A stretch of DNA of 64,000 nucleotides, taken from Gnetum montanum. Lineage: Eukaryota > Plantae > Gnetophyta. Shown here one piece after another: positions 12,289 to 23,938 of this stretch. A program made the position numbers and the translations under genes. Each line of letters begins with the position of its first letter. The stretch's first letter is position 1. The notes beneath the pieces are model-generated. The model made no database searches. It was given only the letters and a program-made list of their open reading frames with translations, and was not told where the DNA came from. The stretch covers positions 820,065 to 884,064 of the forward strand of contig MNCI01003473.1 of assembly GCA_015680685.1 (NCBI GenBank), read 5' to 3'.

Positions 12289-15200
12289 TGTTAAATGAAA
12301 CTTAGACAAATCCATATGAATAAAATGAATAAAGCACATTCCATGCATACTAAACATAATAGTATGCAAAATTCATGTAATTAGGCAAAAAGAACATTAA
12401 AAGATTAAAACCATATGGGAAAAATATTTCATGAAATGGAAACAAAGATTGAAGATTAGTTATGAAGAGTCACATGAACAAAGATGAAAAGACATAATGA
12501 TACAAGAACATAAAATAGAGCAAAAATGTTAAAGTAAAACCAAGACAATTGATGACAACTAAACTGTACTAAGAAAGAAAGAGATAGATGCAATGGAATA
12601 CACAAGATGTCATAGAAGAAGAAGATTGGTAGCTATGAATAAGTAATATAACAAAACCAAGTTGTGTAAGAGAATTTTATGTTGAAAAGTGAAAGACTTC
12701 TACTATAGATGTACAAGAAGGAAGTCACCTTGATTCATAGGTGCATGAATCAAGATTCATATCATTTGTATTGTTTGAATTTGTATATAATCTTAGTTTG
12801 TATAATATACTTAATAATAAATTTAGTTGCCACTATTAATTTTTTTATCTTTTCATGTTTAAATATCTTGGCAAATAAATATATAGTTCAACATGGTATC
12901 AAAGCTAGAATACGAAAATGAAGAAAGTGAAAGTAGTAAGAAAACCATCAAGAAGATAAATCAAGAAAGGGAATTAGAAGTATTAAACAAAGAATTAAAA
13001 AAATGTATCCTTTTAGAAAACTAAAGAAGAAAGAATTTGATTAGAAAGGTAACCATTTCAAAGAATAATCATTTGACAAAAGTTAATTATCATATGTCAG
13101 TTAGAATGATGGAATTATTACTAGGTGCCATTGAACTTTATAATATGATAACATATTCAAAGAAGTTTCTACAAATAAAAATAAAAAGATGGATTAGATG
13201 GGAACATCACTTAGCAAGACAAATATTACTCCAAAAATATAAAGATATATTCAAAGAGTGAACAACGCCTATATTTGAAAAATCTTAGAGGAAATGTATA
13301 GATAGAGGTACTTCATGAAAAAGTTGAAATATTTGTATGAAGCATGACTAATCAATCATTAACCTAGTTGCCAAGATTAATAACTATAAGATTAGAGTTA
13401 GACAATGGGGGAATATACTTAGATGAATTAGACATAAAGAAAAGCCTATTGGATCCTATGTCAAAAGAATACAAGATGGTAGTAAATATCAAGAATGTTG
13501 TAGATTTAAAACTAAACTATGCAACACTTATTTTTGACCTAAAATTACAAGAGAATAAAATAAAATACGGAGAAAAAGCTATTAAAAATGTTATGAATAT
13601 CAAGGACCAAAAAACTTTAAGAATGAAAAAAGGAATAACTTCTAAAAGATAGAAAAATCAAATAATGATTATACATGTTTTATTTATGGTAAGGAGGGAC
13701 ACAAGTATAAAAATTGCTAGTTCAACTTGAAAAATCCAAAGGTTATCCAAGCCTAACAAAAGATTATGGAGAGAAGAATGAGAAATAGAGGAAGATGATC
13801 ATAGAAAAATGACTCAAGATTAAATCAAGTAAATAAAGTGATCATCAGTTAGATCCTAATTATAGGTGATTTCTTCTTACCCTTAAATGATTTTATGAAA
13901 AAGATGACTTACATAGAATGGATGGTTGATTCAAAATGTATAAGACATTACTAGGAATAAGTAGATGTTTAAATCAATGAATTTATCTATAATTGAAGGA
14001 GCCACAAGAGGAATATGAAATTTGTGTAGCTACAAAAGAGTCAAAGAAGATGATGTAGAAATAAGCTATATACTGATGAAAATTATACTCTAATGTAAAA
14101 TTATAGGCTAGAAAAAGAACAAAGTGATTGCTAGTACAAAAAATAAAATAAAATATTCACCCTTAATTCATTGACAAAATCAAAGTACTTTGTTACTCAT
14201 AATCAATCCCAAAAAGAGTTATAACATGCAAGATTTGGACATCTCAGTACACTATATATGAATAACTATTAAAAATAATTGAAGGATTATCAAAATTAAA
14301 CCTAAATAAAACCTAATTTTGCATATCTTTTGTATTGAAAAAATTCACAAAAATCCCATTTCCACAAAAATTAGATAGTACCACCAAAACCATATTGGAC
14401 TTAATTCACTTACATATTTGGAGTCATGAAGATGTTAAAACTAATGATGTGAACAAGTATTTTATAAGCTTTATAGAAGATCACTCACAAAAAATTTGAA
14501 TGTATTTTTTGATAGTAAAAAGTGAAGTCTTCATCGCCTTTATAAAATTTAAGAAGCTCATGAAGAAACAATGTGGATAAAACATGAAGATTTGGTCTAC
14601 TAATGGGATAGAATATACATCACAAAAATTTGACACATCATACTCACCTCAAAAAAATAGAGTAATAGAATGAAAGAACCAAAGTATAGTCAAAATAACC
14701 AAATGTATGCTATCTTAAGAAAATTTGGACAAAATCTTTTGGGAAGAATCTATATGAATAACAGTTCATCTTTTGAACAAAAGTTTAACTATCACATTAA
14801 ACTTCAAATGTCCAAATGCAACATGGATTAGAAAGCAATCAAAACTTGAGCACTTAAGAGTATTCAAATGCAAGATGTACTACCATGTACACAATCAAAG
14901 AAAAAGTGATGTGAAAGCAAGGGAAGAAAACTTTATGGGTTATGTTAAGTACATCAAAGATTATAGGATTTGATATAATGAAATCCATAGTCTTGTGATA
15001 TTAAGAGATGTAGCTTATGACAAAAATAGACTAATTAGTGAAATGACACAAAGGCATGTTTCATAAATAGATAAAGACAAAGACCTTAATGAGGAAATGT
15101 ACCTAGAAGGAGAATTTGTAGAAGAAAACCATCATGCCAAAACTCTTAGCTCAAGGAGAGAGTATGAAGAGGTACAAAAGCATTAAGGCATTCAAGAAGT

Positions 15201-17613
15201 TCATCAAGAAAATAAATTCTGAAATGATTACATAAAAAGGCAAAAATTTTGGTACAAAACCATTAAAAGTGCAAGAGAAATATTGCTAAGAGACATACAT
15301 CAACCAATGATGATGAGAAATTAGTGAAAATGACAAAATGAAGAAATTTATATATGCATAAACATTTAGATAAGGAAGCTATAAAAAATATGAAGGAGGC
15401 ATCGATAAAAATATGTTGAAAGAATTCCATGTAGGATGAATATGATATGATGATTAAAAGAAAGGTGTAGAATTTAGTGTTGAAACCAACTAATAAGAAC
15501 ATTATAAGCAATAAATGGGTATTTACTATGAGGTTGAAAGAAGCAGAAAATCTAGATAAGTATAAGATCAACCTTGTCACTAAAGGTTTCCTTCTACAAT
15601 AAGGAATTAAGTATAAGGAGATATTTGCACCAACCACCAAGATGAAGACTTTTAAATTGATGGTTGTAATAGTAGTAAGAAACTACTAAAAGTTATACTA
15701 GATTGATATAATATTGGTGTTCTATATGAAGAGTTAGAAGAAAAAATCTATATGGACCAACCAAAAGGATTTATATCAGGTGAAAATTTTGTATGCAAAT
15801 TGAAGAAATCTTTATAAAATTAAAATAGCCATTGAGAATATGGTACTAATGGATGGAAGCATTTATGAAAAATCATGAATTTCAGAAATCTTTTATGAAT
15901 GAGAACTTCTTTTATTAGAAGATCAATGGGACATTGTACATACTATGATCATTTCATGTAGATGATATATTGCCTACCATAATGAATCAGTAGACATTGA
16001 CTAACTTCAAATTAGCTCCAAGACATAATTTCAAGATTTCTTATCTAGGATTATACACTATTATCTAGGGATGGAAATTTAACAAGATCAAGAGAAGATA
16101 CTCATCACTCAAAAGATGTATTGGAATTGTTAGAAGATTATAACATGAAGGACTATATAATTGTCATAATACTAATGTCATTTGGATTTAAGACCAATAC
16201 AAAAGGCTAAAAATAAATCCAACTCAATATTGAAAATTGATTGGATCATTGATGTACCTAACTAATACTCAACCAAACATTCAATATGTTGTAAATCTCT
16301 TAACCATAAAGATGGAAGATATCATAGAAGTACACATGAAAGAAGGAATGAGTATTTTGAAATATGTAAAAAGAACCACAAGCATTAGATTATAGTACAT
16401 AGATGACAAATAGTCACAAATGTTGACATATTTAAATGCAAACTAGGTAGGAGAGCTAGTGATGATAAAATCACAAACTAGATTCATGATATAATTTGAT
16501 TCATCAACATTAAATTGAAGTAGTATAAAATAGAAGAGAGTATCCATATCCTTGATGGAAGCTAAATATTATGCAATATGAGAAGCATTGAAAGACCTAA
16601 TATGGTTTAACCAATTATTTTAGAAGATTAGAATCTAATTACCAAAATTAAGTACTCTATATTGTGACAACATGATAATGATTAAGATTATCCAAAACTT
16701 AATTTATCATGAAAGAAGTATATTGAAGTTAACACAAACTTCTTACAATAGATGTACACCAAGCTTATAAGATTGTAATACATTAATACTAAAAGTTAGA
16801 AGGCTAATAATTTGACTAAACCATTACCAAAAGAAGAGTTTTTATGATTCCATGAGCCCTTAGCTTTAAGGAATTTCTCCAACTAAGAAGTAAATAGTAT
16901 AAATCCATGGGGACCATCAAGGAATAAGAAATAATATGTAGGTAATAAGAGGAGACTGGGAGTTAGACCCCTTCAAATGTCCAAACCCATATCTACTAAT
17001 TATACTTGCTATTGGATTGCACTTTCCATGATAAGTGAATTAGGAAGTATTAAAATACTAATTTGTCCTTATAGAGAAATCATATTTGATGATTCCATAT
17101 GTTAAACAAAACTAATACAAATCCATATGAGTAAAATGAATTAAGCACATTCTAGGCATACTAAATGGAATAGGATGTAGAATTTGTGTAATAAGATAAA
17201 AATAATGATAGAAGATTAAAATTGTATGGGCAAATCATTTAATGAAATGGAAACAAATATTGAAAATTAGTTATGAAAATTAAATTCGAGTGGAGAAGAA
17301 GGAGAGAGGTGCATTGGATTACATAAAGACATCATTGAAAAAGAAAAACCATAGTTGTAAACAAGGAGTAAAATAGAAACAAGTCAAGTAAGAGGATTCT
17401 ATGTCGAAAAGTGAAAGACTTCTACATAGACATATGGGAAGTAAGTCACCTTGATTTGTAGATGTGCTGATCAAGATTCATATCATTTCAATTATCTGAA
17501 TTTGTATATAACATTTGTACAATATACTTAATAAAAATAAAGTTAGGTACCACTATTAATTTTCTCATCTTCTCATGTTTAGAGATCTTGGTAAATGAAT
17601 GTACGATTCAACA
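12289..17613 (+). mobile_element. Degenerate full-length Ty1/Copia LTR retrotransposon (5' LTR 12289-12893, 3' LTR 17100-17613)
   Basis: Both LTRs run TGTTAAA...TTCAACA. PBS TGGTATCAAAGC (tRNA-iMet type) at 12894. Remnants in Copia order: zinc knuckle CFIYGKEGHKYKNC (~13677), protease WMVDS (~13918), HARFGHL (~14225), integrase (~14390-14800), RT with YKINLVTKGFLQ..IKYKEIFAP (~15560), RNase H with LYCDN (~16660). Many stops and frameshifts; TSD not recognisable. Confidence 0.9.
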
Positions 17614-17959
17614 ATAACACATGTTAACCAAGTATTCTAATAAATTACAATTATTACTAAAAAATTACATAATGTTATTTTATGGATTCAATCAAGAAAA
17701 AATTAAATAAGATTTTAAAAAATTGCAAGAGAAATTTAAATGAGATTTGGCTATTTTCATAGCAATGAAAGAGAAGAAAGAAAAGAAGAAACACTACACC
17801 TACAACTAGTGTGTCTTATTGAGGAAGAAAGGAAGACTTGATGGTAGAGCTTCCTCATTTTGTTTTGTAAGAAAATGCATATTTTAAAGTAATCTTTTGA
17901 AGATGTTTTTTGGGGTAGGTTGAAAAGAGAATAAAAACTATTCTATTATTATTTAGATA

Positions 17960-19480
17960 TCTTCACTAGAAATAGACTTTAACATTTTTCTAAGGCTTAT
18001 GATTTTATCATTCAAAGCAAGTTATGGAGGCACTTTGAAAATTTAGAAGTTCTTGAAACATTGTTATTTGCTATCCAAAAAAATTTACAACGAGTTATGC
18101 ATTTAGTTTATAAATAGGCAATAAAGATTTTTATTTAATAATTTTATTGGTGTTAAACAATGATGTCCTCTTTATTGGTGTTAAACAATGATGTCCTCTT
18201 TCTCCTACTTTATTTGGCCCTTTTATTAATGAACTTGAAGAGTGGATGCATAAAATATCTAATCAATTTATTATTGCAATTGGAAGTAGTCTTGGAAAAC
18301 TTTTACTCTCTATTGATAACAATGTCTTAATTTTAAATTCAATGAAAGGATTATGGCAAATGCTTAATGCTCTTGATAACTTTTGTTAGCATTCGAGAAT
18401 GAAAATTAATGTTTAAGAAACTAAGATCATGATTTGTTACACATGTAATAAGATGTACAATTTTACTATAGGATATGAATACGTGTATATAATTTCCTCT
18501 TACAAATATATCAGCATAGAATGCTTTTACAGTTAGAAATGAAATTAGTGGATTACTTAAAGAGTTGCAAGTGGTGTTAAAGATTTATTTTCTTTAAAAA
18601 ATAAATATAGCTTAGGATTTCAAAAAATAGCTTTGATTTTAGAGAATAACTTTATCATCCCATTGTTCAACCTACTATTCTTTATGGGTGTATTGTATGG
18701 GTCCTGCTTTATCAAATAAATATTGAAAATAACTAAAACAAATTCAAAAACTTTATCTACTTTATGAATTTCAAGTGAAGAGATAAACACAATATAATAT
18801 TATGGTTCTTAAAATAGAGATGATGTCATTAGAGGTTAAAGCTATTTGTTAGTTTATAGCCTATGTTCATAATCTTTTTGCATCTTCATTAGATAACTAC
18901 TCCAAAACAGTGATGATGGAAATCCATGATAAATGATGGCTTCATAAGGGAGTTATATGGTTTAATAAATAATCTATTTGAAGAATACATTATTTTCTTT
19001 CCTTTTCCTTTTTTATTTGGAATTCTAACCAAGTTTGCAAACTTGTAAAACAAGCAGCATTTCAAAAACTTTGGAAAAATGTAGAAGAAAAACAACCCAT
19101 TTCTATTTGAATAGTATTATGGAAGGCCTTGATTTAAAGGTAAACTATTGATGTGCTACTATTCATCATCATTATGATGCATAATTAGGAGAGTACAAAT
19201 GAGATCTCATCATTTGAATGAGCATTGAAATATGTAGATAGCTCAAAATTTATCATTGATAATCAAATATGTGGATTATGCAATACGAATAACATTGAAG
19301 ATGAATATCACATTTTCCTATAGTGTCTTGCATTAGACCATTAGGCATAGATGAGATATTTCAGTTGCAAATTTGGTTGATTTGTTTACCAAGAATACTT
19401 GGTAATTTCTTAATGATGTTTTCAAAATTCAAGGCATGTATATTTCTACTATCCAATAAATCCCAAGGGTTTAGGAATAT
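17960..19480 (+). mobile_element. 5'-truncated non-L1 LINE remnant (RTE-X/CR1-like RT plus C-terminal cysteine motif)
   Basis: Decayed motifs in order: FSKAYD, IGVKQ*CPLSPTLFGPFINELE, LILNSMKGLWQMLNALDNFC*HSRMKINV*ETKIM, YKYISIE, IVQPTILYGCIVW, RSHHL, IEDEYHIFL*C. Confidence 0.75.
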
Positions 19481-19733
19481 AATGAAATTTCAATTTTAGT
19501 TTCAATTTTTGTAAATAATCTTGTAGTTCATAAAATAACATAGGAGTAGAGACTTTGCTTCAAAGAGCCTACCAAGGCTGCTTAGCACATTATTCCAATG
19601 AAATGGCTTGGTGTGTGACTATTATAGTTACGACTTTGATTGTTATTGTTACTAGTAGGAAACACTTGATAATTTTCTTAATAATATTTTCAAAACTTAT
19701 AACATGTATATTTTTGTTATTTTCTGTCCAATG

Positions 19734-19857
19734 AAGAACATAATAAGATTATAGGAAGACAGCAAGCCATATACTATAGCCGATATTGATAAATCCAAAA
19801 GAACATAATAAGATTATAGGAAGACAGCAAGCCATAGACTACAGCCGATATTGATAG
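19734..19857. repeat. 65-bp tandem duplication in the UGT 3' region
   Basis: AAGAACATAATAAGATTATAGGAAGACAGCAAGCCATA...GCCGATATTGATA starts at both 19734 and 19799. Confidence 0.9.
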
Positions 19858-19881
19858 GCTGGACAACATCCGACAGCAGGA

Positions 19882-22185
19882 TCATGAAGCAGAGACGGCA
19901 GCCACAGATGGTATGGTGGCTGATAAACCTTCCAAAAATAACTTGAGATTTTTTGCAGAGGATCCATTCTCATCCATCAACGCCTTACGCACCACTCCCT
20001 TGGCCCACTCAGCTTTGGCCTTGGCCTCACTGCGCTGCTCTGCTCTTGTCATGAAATCTGCCAAACAAGCGGCAATCTCATGTCTGGGCACAGCCACTCT
20101 TGTGTGACCATTGCTTCGGCAATTTACCAAACCCAGGCTTTTTGCAATGCCCAGCTGCTCCGTTATAATCCACGAATTTGTGTACTGATCCGTGAGCAGA
20201 GGAAAAGCCAGCAGGGGCACCCCAACCCAGAGGCCCTCCAAAATAGAATTCCATCCACAGTGTGTTACAAAAGCTCCAACAGAAGGATGCCGCAGAACAT
20301 CCAACTGATTGCACCACTGTACAACAATACCTTGATCTTTTATATTCTCTGTGAATTCTTTAGGGAATGTTTCTTCCACTGCAGAGCAGTCATTCATGAC
20401 ATCTGGCCTGAGCACCCAAACGAAGGACTGCTTGCTCTGCATCAAACCCATTGCGAATTCCTGCAGCAGCTCTTTGCCGCAGCGGGAAAAGCTCCCGAAC
20501 GAGATGTATAGGACTGATTCTCTGGGTTTCGAGTCAAGCCAAGCCGAAAGATCGAACTCCGGCAACAGGCTCGCCCTGCAGCTGAATCTGGTTTTAGTAC
20601 GTTGTGCAGAATTCTCTTGTCTATCCATGAATTCTTCCGGTAATAGAGGACCCACGGAGAGGAAGGGTGTGCCTGATTTCTTGAGAGCCGAGACGGTGGC
20701 AGGTTCAAGCTCGTCCACGGTATTGGATATCACCCAGTCTGCCTGTCTAATGGATTCCATTGACTCCACGATGATCTTGTAGATGATGTTGCTTAGATCT
20801 TTCTCCTGCAAAAACGATGGCAGATCTACAATCTTCATGGGCGGTAGCCCAGTTAGATAATCTATTACTTTGGCGTTGCAGTCCTCTGTGATTAATCAAA
20901 AATAACCATCTATCAGCCATCAGATCTAAAAGAATGTTGGAATACATTAATTTACATGATTTTCCTTTTTAAAACTAAAAAATAAAAAGTTCCACAAATG
21001 TGCAGCGAAGCAGTAAAGTGGAGTTTTTTAGTTGCATGTTTTAGAATATGAGTTCAATAATCTACTTTCCAAAAGAGATGCACGAAATGTAATAATAGAA
21101 CAAGTAAAGCAACTGCTCACTAGCTTATTACGAAAAGATTCTTTTAGATAAGAATCGTTGACCAGTATCCTGGAAGATTGGTAGGCACCAATTGGCTCAA
21201 TCGCAAATCCCCGTATAGGCTCGCCCCTGTGTTTGATTTTCGCCGAGCTCACAAAATGGTCAATGTTAAGAAACATAATTTGAGCAATGACAGAACATTA
21301 ACCAGTGAACCTATTCGGTGTGGGTTTGATTTTCACCAAGCTCGCAAAATGGTCAATATTAAGAAACATAATTTATGCAATGAGAGAACATTAAACAGTA
21401 AACATTAAACAAGCAGATCGCAGTAAATTATTTGAAAAAAAAAGAAAAGAAAGAGTACAGTTTGAGCGCACTACGCGTCAAAGTTATACAACGAGTTTGA
21501 ACGAATACAACCTCATCTAAAGTGAAGGTAGCAGTGAAAAAACAAAAAATGAAGAAGAAAGAGGAGCCAGTGATTATTCAAAAAAAAAAAATAACAGGAA
21601 CAAAAGTATAATTATAACTTTTTGATCTGAGAAACTGGCAATGATATAAAACAAAAATAAGCTGAAAGCAAACGTACCAGTTTCAGGGTAAGGAAGATGT
21701 TTATTGTGCACCAGATCATCGTAATGCAAATACATAGAATAGACAGCAACAGACTCGGTGTAGAAACTGGCAAAGGGAAGTTGAAATTTCTTGGCAATTT
21801 CAGCAGGCCAGGTAAAAAAATTATCCACAACCAGGCACGACACAGGGGGGGATTCCTGCGCTACGAGTCTGGACATGAGCTTCTCGACATGGTGAATCAT
21901 GGAGGTTCGCATGGATTCCCAGAGCTCATCTCGATACACATATCTATCAAAATCCAGCGGCAGTCCATCCGAGACGGTAGCAGATCTGATATCCAGTCCC
22001 AGAGACATGCCCGCAGCTGTGAATGGATCTTGACCGCCATTAGAGCTCAGCAGCTCTGCGTACCGAGACTCTGTGTTGACAAACGTTACCACCATACCCG
22101 TCTGTGCGAGCTTACGAACGAACTGAAACAGAGGATTGATGTGGCCTTGCCCTGGCAGTGCAAACGCTGCAACATGAGCCTTCAT
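19882..22185 (-). CDS. UGT86: UDP-glycosyltransferase, family 1 GT, UGT86-like; two exons join(22185..21678, 20885..19882), 503 aa
   Basis: Exon 1 has PGQGHINP (catalytic His), VSDGLPLDFDR and LVVDNFFTWP (catalytic Asp). A phase-1 intron (G|GTACGT ... CACAG|) joins in frame to EDCNAKVIDYLTGLPPMKIVDLPSFLQ. Exon 2 has a complete 44-aa PSPG box, WCNQLDVLRHPSVGAFVTHCGWNSILEGLWVGVPLLAFPLLTDQ. Exon lengths 508+1004=1512 nt with no internal stop. SDGLPxxFDR, SFxTE and PLLTDQ resemble UGT86 as recalled; the subfamily call is less certain than the UGT call. Confidence 0.93.
20886..21677 (-). other. GT-AG intron of the UGT gene (792 nt, phase 1)
   Basis: Donor GTACGT at 21677 and acceptor TTAATCACAG ending at 20886; AT/U-rich; splicing restores one continuous reading frame. 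Confidence 0.88.
21231..21407. repeat. ~93-bp diverged tandem duplication in the UGT intron
   Basis: GTTTGATTTTC...CAAAATGGTCAAT(G/A)TTAAGAAACATAATTT...AGAACATTAA occurs twice, starting at 21231 and 21324. Confidence 0.85.
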
Positions 22186-22223
22186 TCTGACTCGGACGTG
22201 ACAACCACATGGGATATGCTACA

Positions 22224-22298
22224 CTTATAGTGTGGGTTTGCTGAAAGTTGTCGATGTGGACTTTCGAATTTGTGACACGTTGCTGGGCCTAAAATCTT
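22224..22298 (-). promoter_or_regulatory. Putative UGT core promoter (TATA-like CTATAAG ~40 nt upstream of the ATG, with adjacent conserved block)
   Basis: The minus strand reads CAAACCCACACTATAAGTG ~40 nt before the ATG. The adjoining block has a diverged copy at ~24070-24148, also followed by a TATA-like sequence. Confidence 0.5.
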
Positions 22299-22320
22299 AC
22301 ATATCTTCTCCTGTTCTGAA

Positions 22321-22390
22321 TCATACCAAAAATTTCATTTCATTGTTCAAGATTCATGCCAAAAATTTCATTTCATTGTTCAAGATTCAT
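22321..22390. repeat. 33-bp tandem duplication in the UGT upstream region
   Basis: TCAT(A/G)CCAAAAATTTCATTTCATTGTTCAAGAT occurs twice. Confidence 0.9.
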
Positions 22391-22533
22391 GGCATCGGCT
22401 TGAGATGGACCACAGAAAACAAGGGAGTACAAATAAATAAACAAAAGGCAAGTATGGGTCATGCGGAAAGTTTTGGACGGGGCGTGCCACGAAAACATTG
22501 CATTTGCATGGATTCGCGTTATAGGTTCCGCCA

Positions 22534-22739
22534 TGACTCAATTCACGCATGTTTATTGTTCATTGCTAGTTTTTGCTCTTTGTATCGTATCTCTGCTGAA
22601 AAAAAGAAAAAACAAAACAGGGTCATCGTCATGGGTCATGAGTCATGAACATGATGACGGATGGATGCTTATTCAACTTTTTTAAAAATCTGTTTCCTTA
22701 TAAAGCAACGAAGCACACCAGCACACGGACAATGACTCA
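22534..22739. promoter_or_regulatory. Cluster of three GCN4/AP-1-like bZIP motifs TGA(C/G)TCA upstream of the UGT
   Basis: TGACTCA at 22534, TGAGTCA at 22639, (A)TGACTCA(T) at 22733. Confidence 0.4.
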
Positions 22740-23308
22740 TGGCACTGTTTTACTTTCTCCTTCATCATAACTAGTGCCTAATGAATAGTGCCGATTTTCC
22801 AGCCTCTAAAAGGTTTTCGATCATTGTAGGTGAGATGAGTTCCTGGCTGTGCCTAGTTTAGTTAAGTTGTGTATTCTTATAATGCGGTCATCTTCAACGT
22901 GTGGCCCTACGGCACTACTCACAGGTAGTCGTTGAACAAAAGTATTAGCAGACCTGATTTGTTATAAATTTGGTTTGGAAATACTGGATTGAGTAACAAA
23001 AGGATTTCATTTTATTGCTGTCATTTTGGTTATTGCAGAAATTATATGTTTGGCTAGATTATGGCTCCTGACTAAGGAAATGGATTCAATGCCTTTCATA
23101 CCTTTGCAAATTTTCTTGCTTCAATTTAATGGTGATATTGCAATCTTCTGTGCCATTTTTAAGGATTAACAATATTTTGGATTTACATTGTACTTGTTCT
23201 ATATTTTACAATGTATTTTATGATATACGAGATTTTATTTTTTAAAAAATTAATATATTTAAATTTTCTCTATCACGTCCCGAGCTAGGAACCCGTCTTG
23301 AGGCACAT

Positions 23309-23938
23309 GCATAGTTACTGGAAACGGGAACTACGCAACGTGACGGTAACGACAAACAATTAGTAACTTTAACAATTTTTATATTTTAGTAAAATTATGT
23401 ATATTTCTTTGTTCATAGAACAACAATTTAAAATGCAATTCAATACAATGATTTTTATACATAAAAATTTACAATATTTTTATATATTGGTATTAAGAAC
23501 AATTACCCATCAATAAACTTAAATAGAAGTTATGTAAATAGCAAGATTTGCAGCGTTCACAGCACAAGCCCCAAATGCGGTACGTAAATATGCTGCTTAT
23601 TGACATCTTCACCATAGAATAAACCTTAAATTTTTTTTCCTCCATGTTTGCAGTTTCACACATTCAATTCGTGGCAGACGTGCATTTAATTTATGCAGTT
23701 GTTGAGAATAAAGCATGGGATGCTTTCTTATCTTGAAACCCTAAAATTAAAAAATAAAATCAACGGAAATGTGTCAAAAACGTAACGAAACGTGTTAAAA
23801 ATGTTTCAGTATGGTCAGTGTCAAAAATGTTTCAGTGTGCTCAGAAACGTTTCGCCCACCAAGTGATGGTTACTGTTTATGCGAAACGGCGTTTTGAAAC
23901 GGGATCCCGTTTCCGCAACGAAAAACGCCAAACTTTAT
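23309..23938. mobile_element. Possible non-autonomous DNA transposon (hAT-like MITE) upstream of the UGT
   Basis: AT-rich core flanked by CpG-rich ends with clustered GAAACG(G)/CGTTTC motifs. Termini are only imperfectly inverted (CATAGTT / AACTTTATG) and there is no clear 8-bp TSD. Confidence 0.35.

Noticed and set aside
21574-21677. Hydrophobic C-terminal tail of ORF 21574-22185, resembling a membrane anchor
   Set aside because: It is read-through into the U-rich intron beyond the GT donor at 21677.
22208-22210. Out-of-frame upstream ATG 25 nt before the UGT start
   Set aside because: It lies only ~15 nt downstream of the putative TATA box, so it is probably upstream of the transcription start; no support without TSS data.
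19913-22230. Several plus-strand and alternative-frame ORFs of 64-177 aa overlapping the UGT
   Set aside because: Shadow ORFs of a GC-richer coding region with no recognisable motifs.
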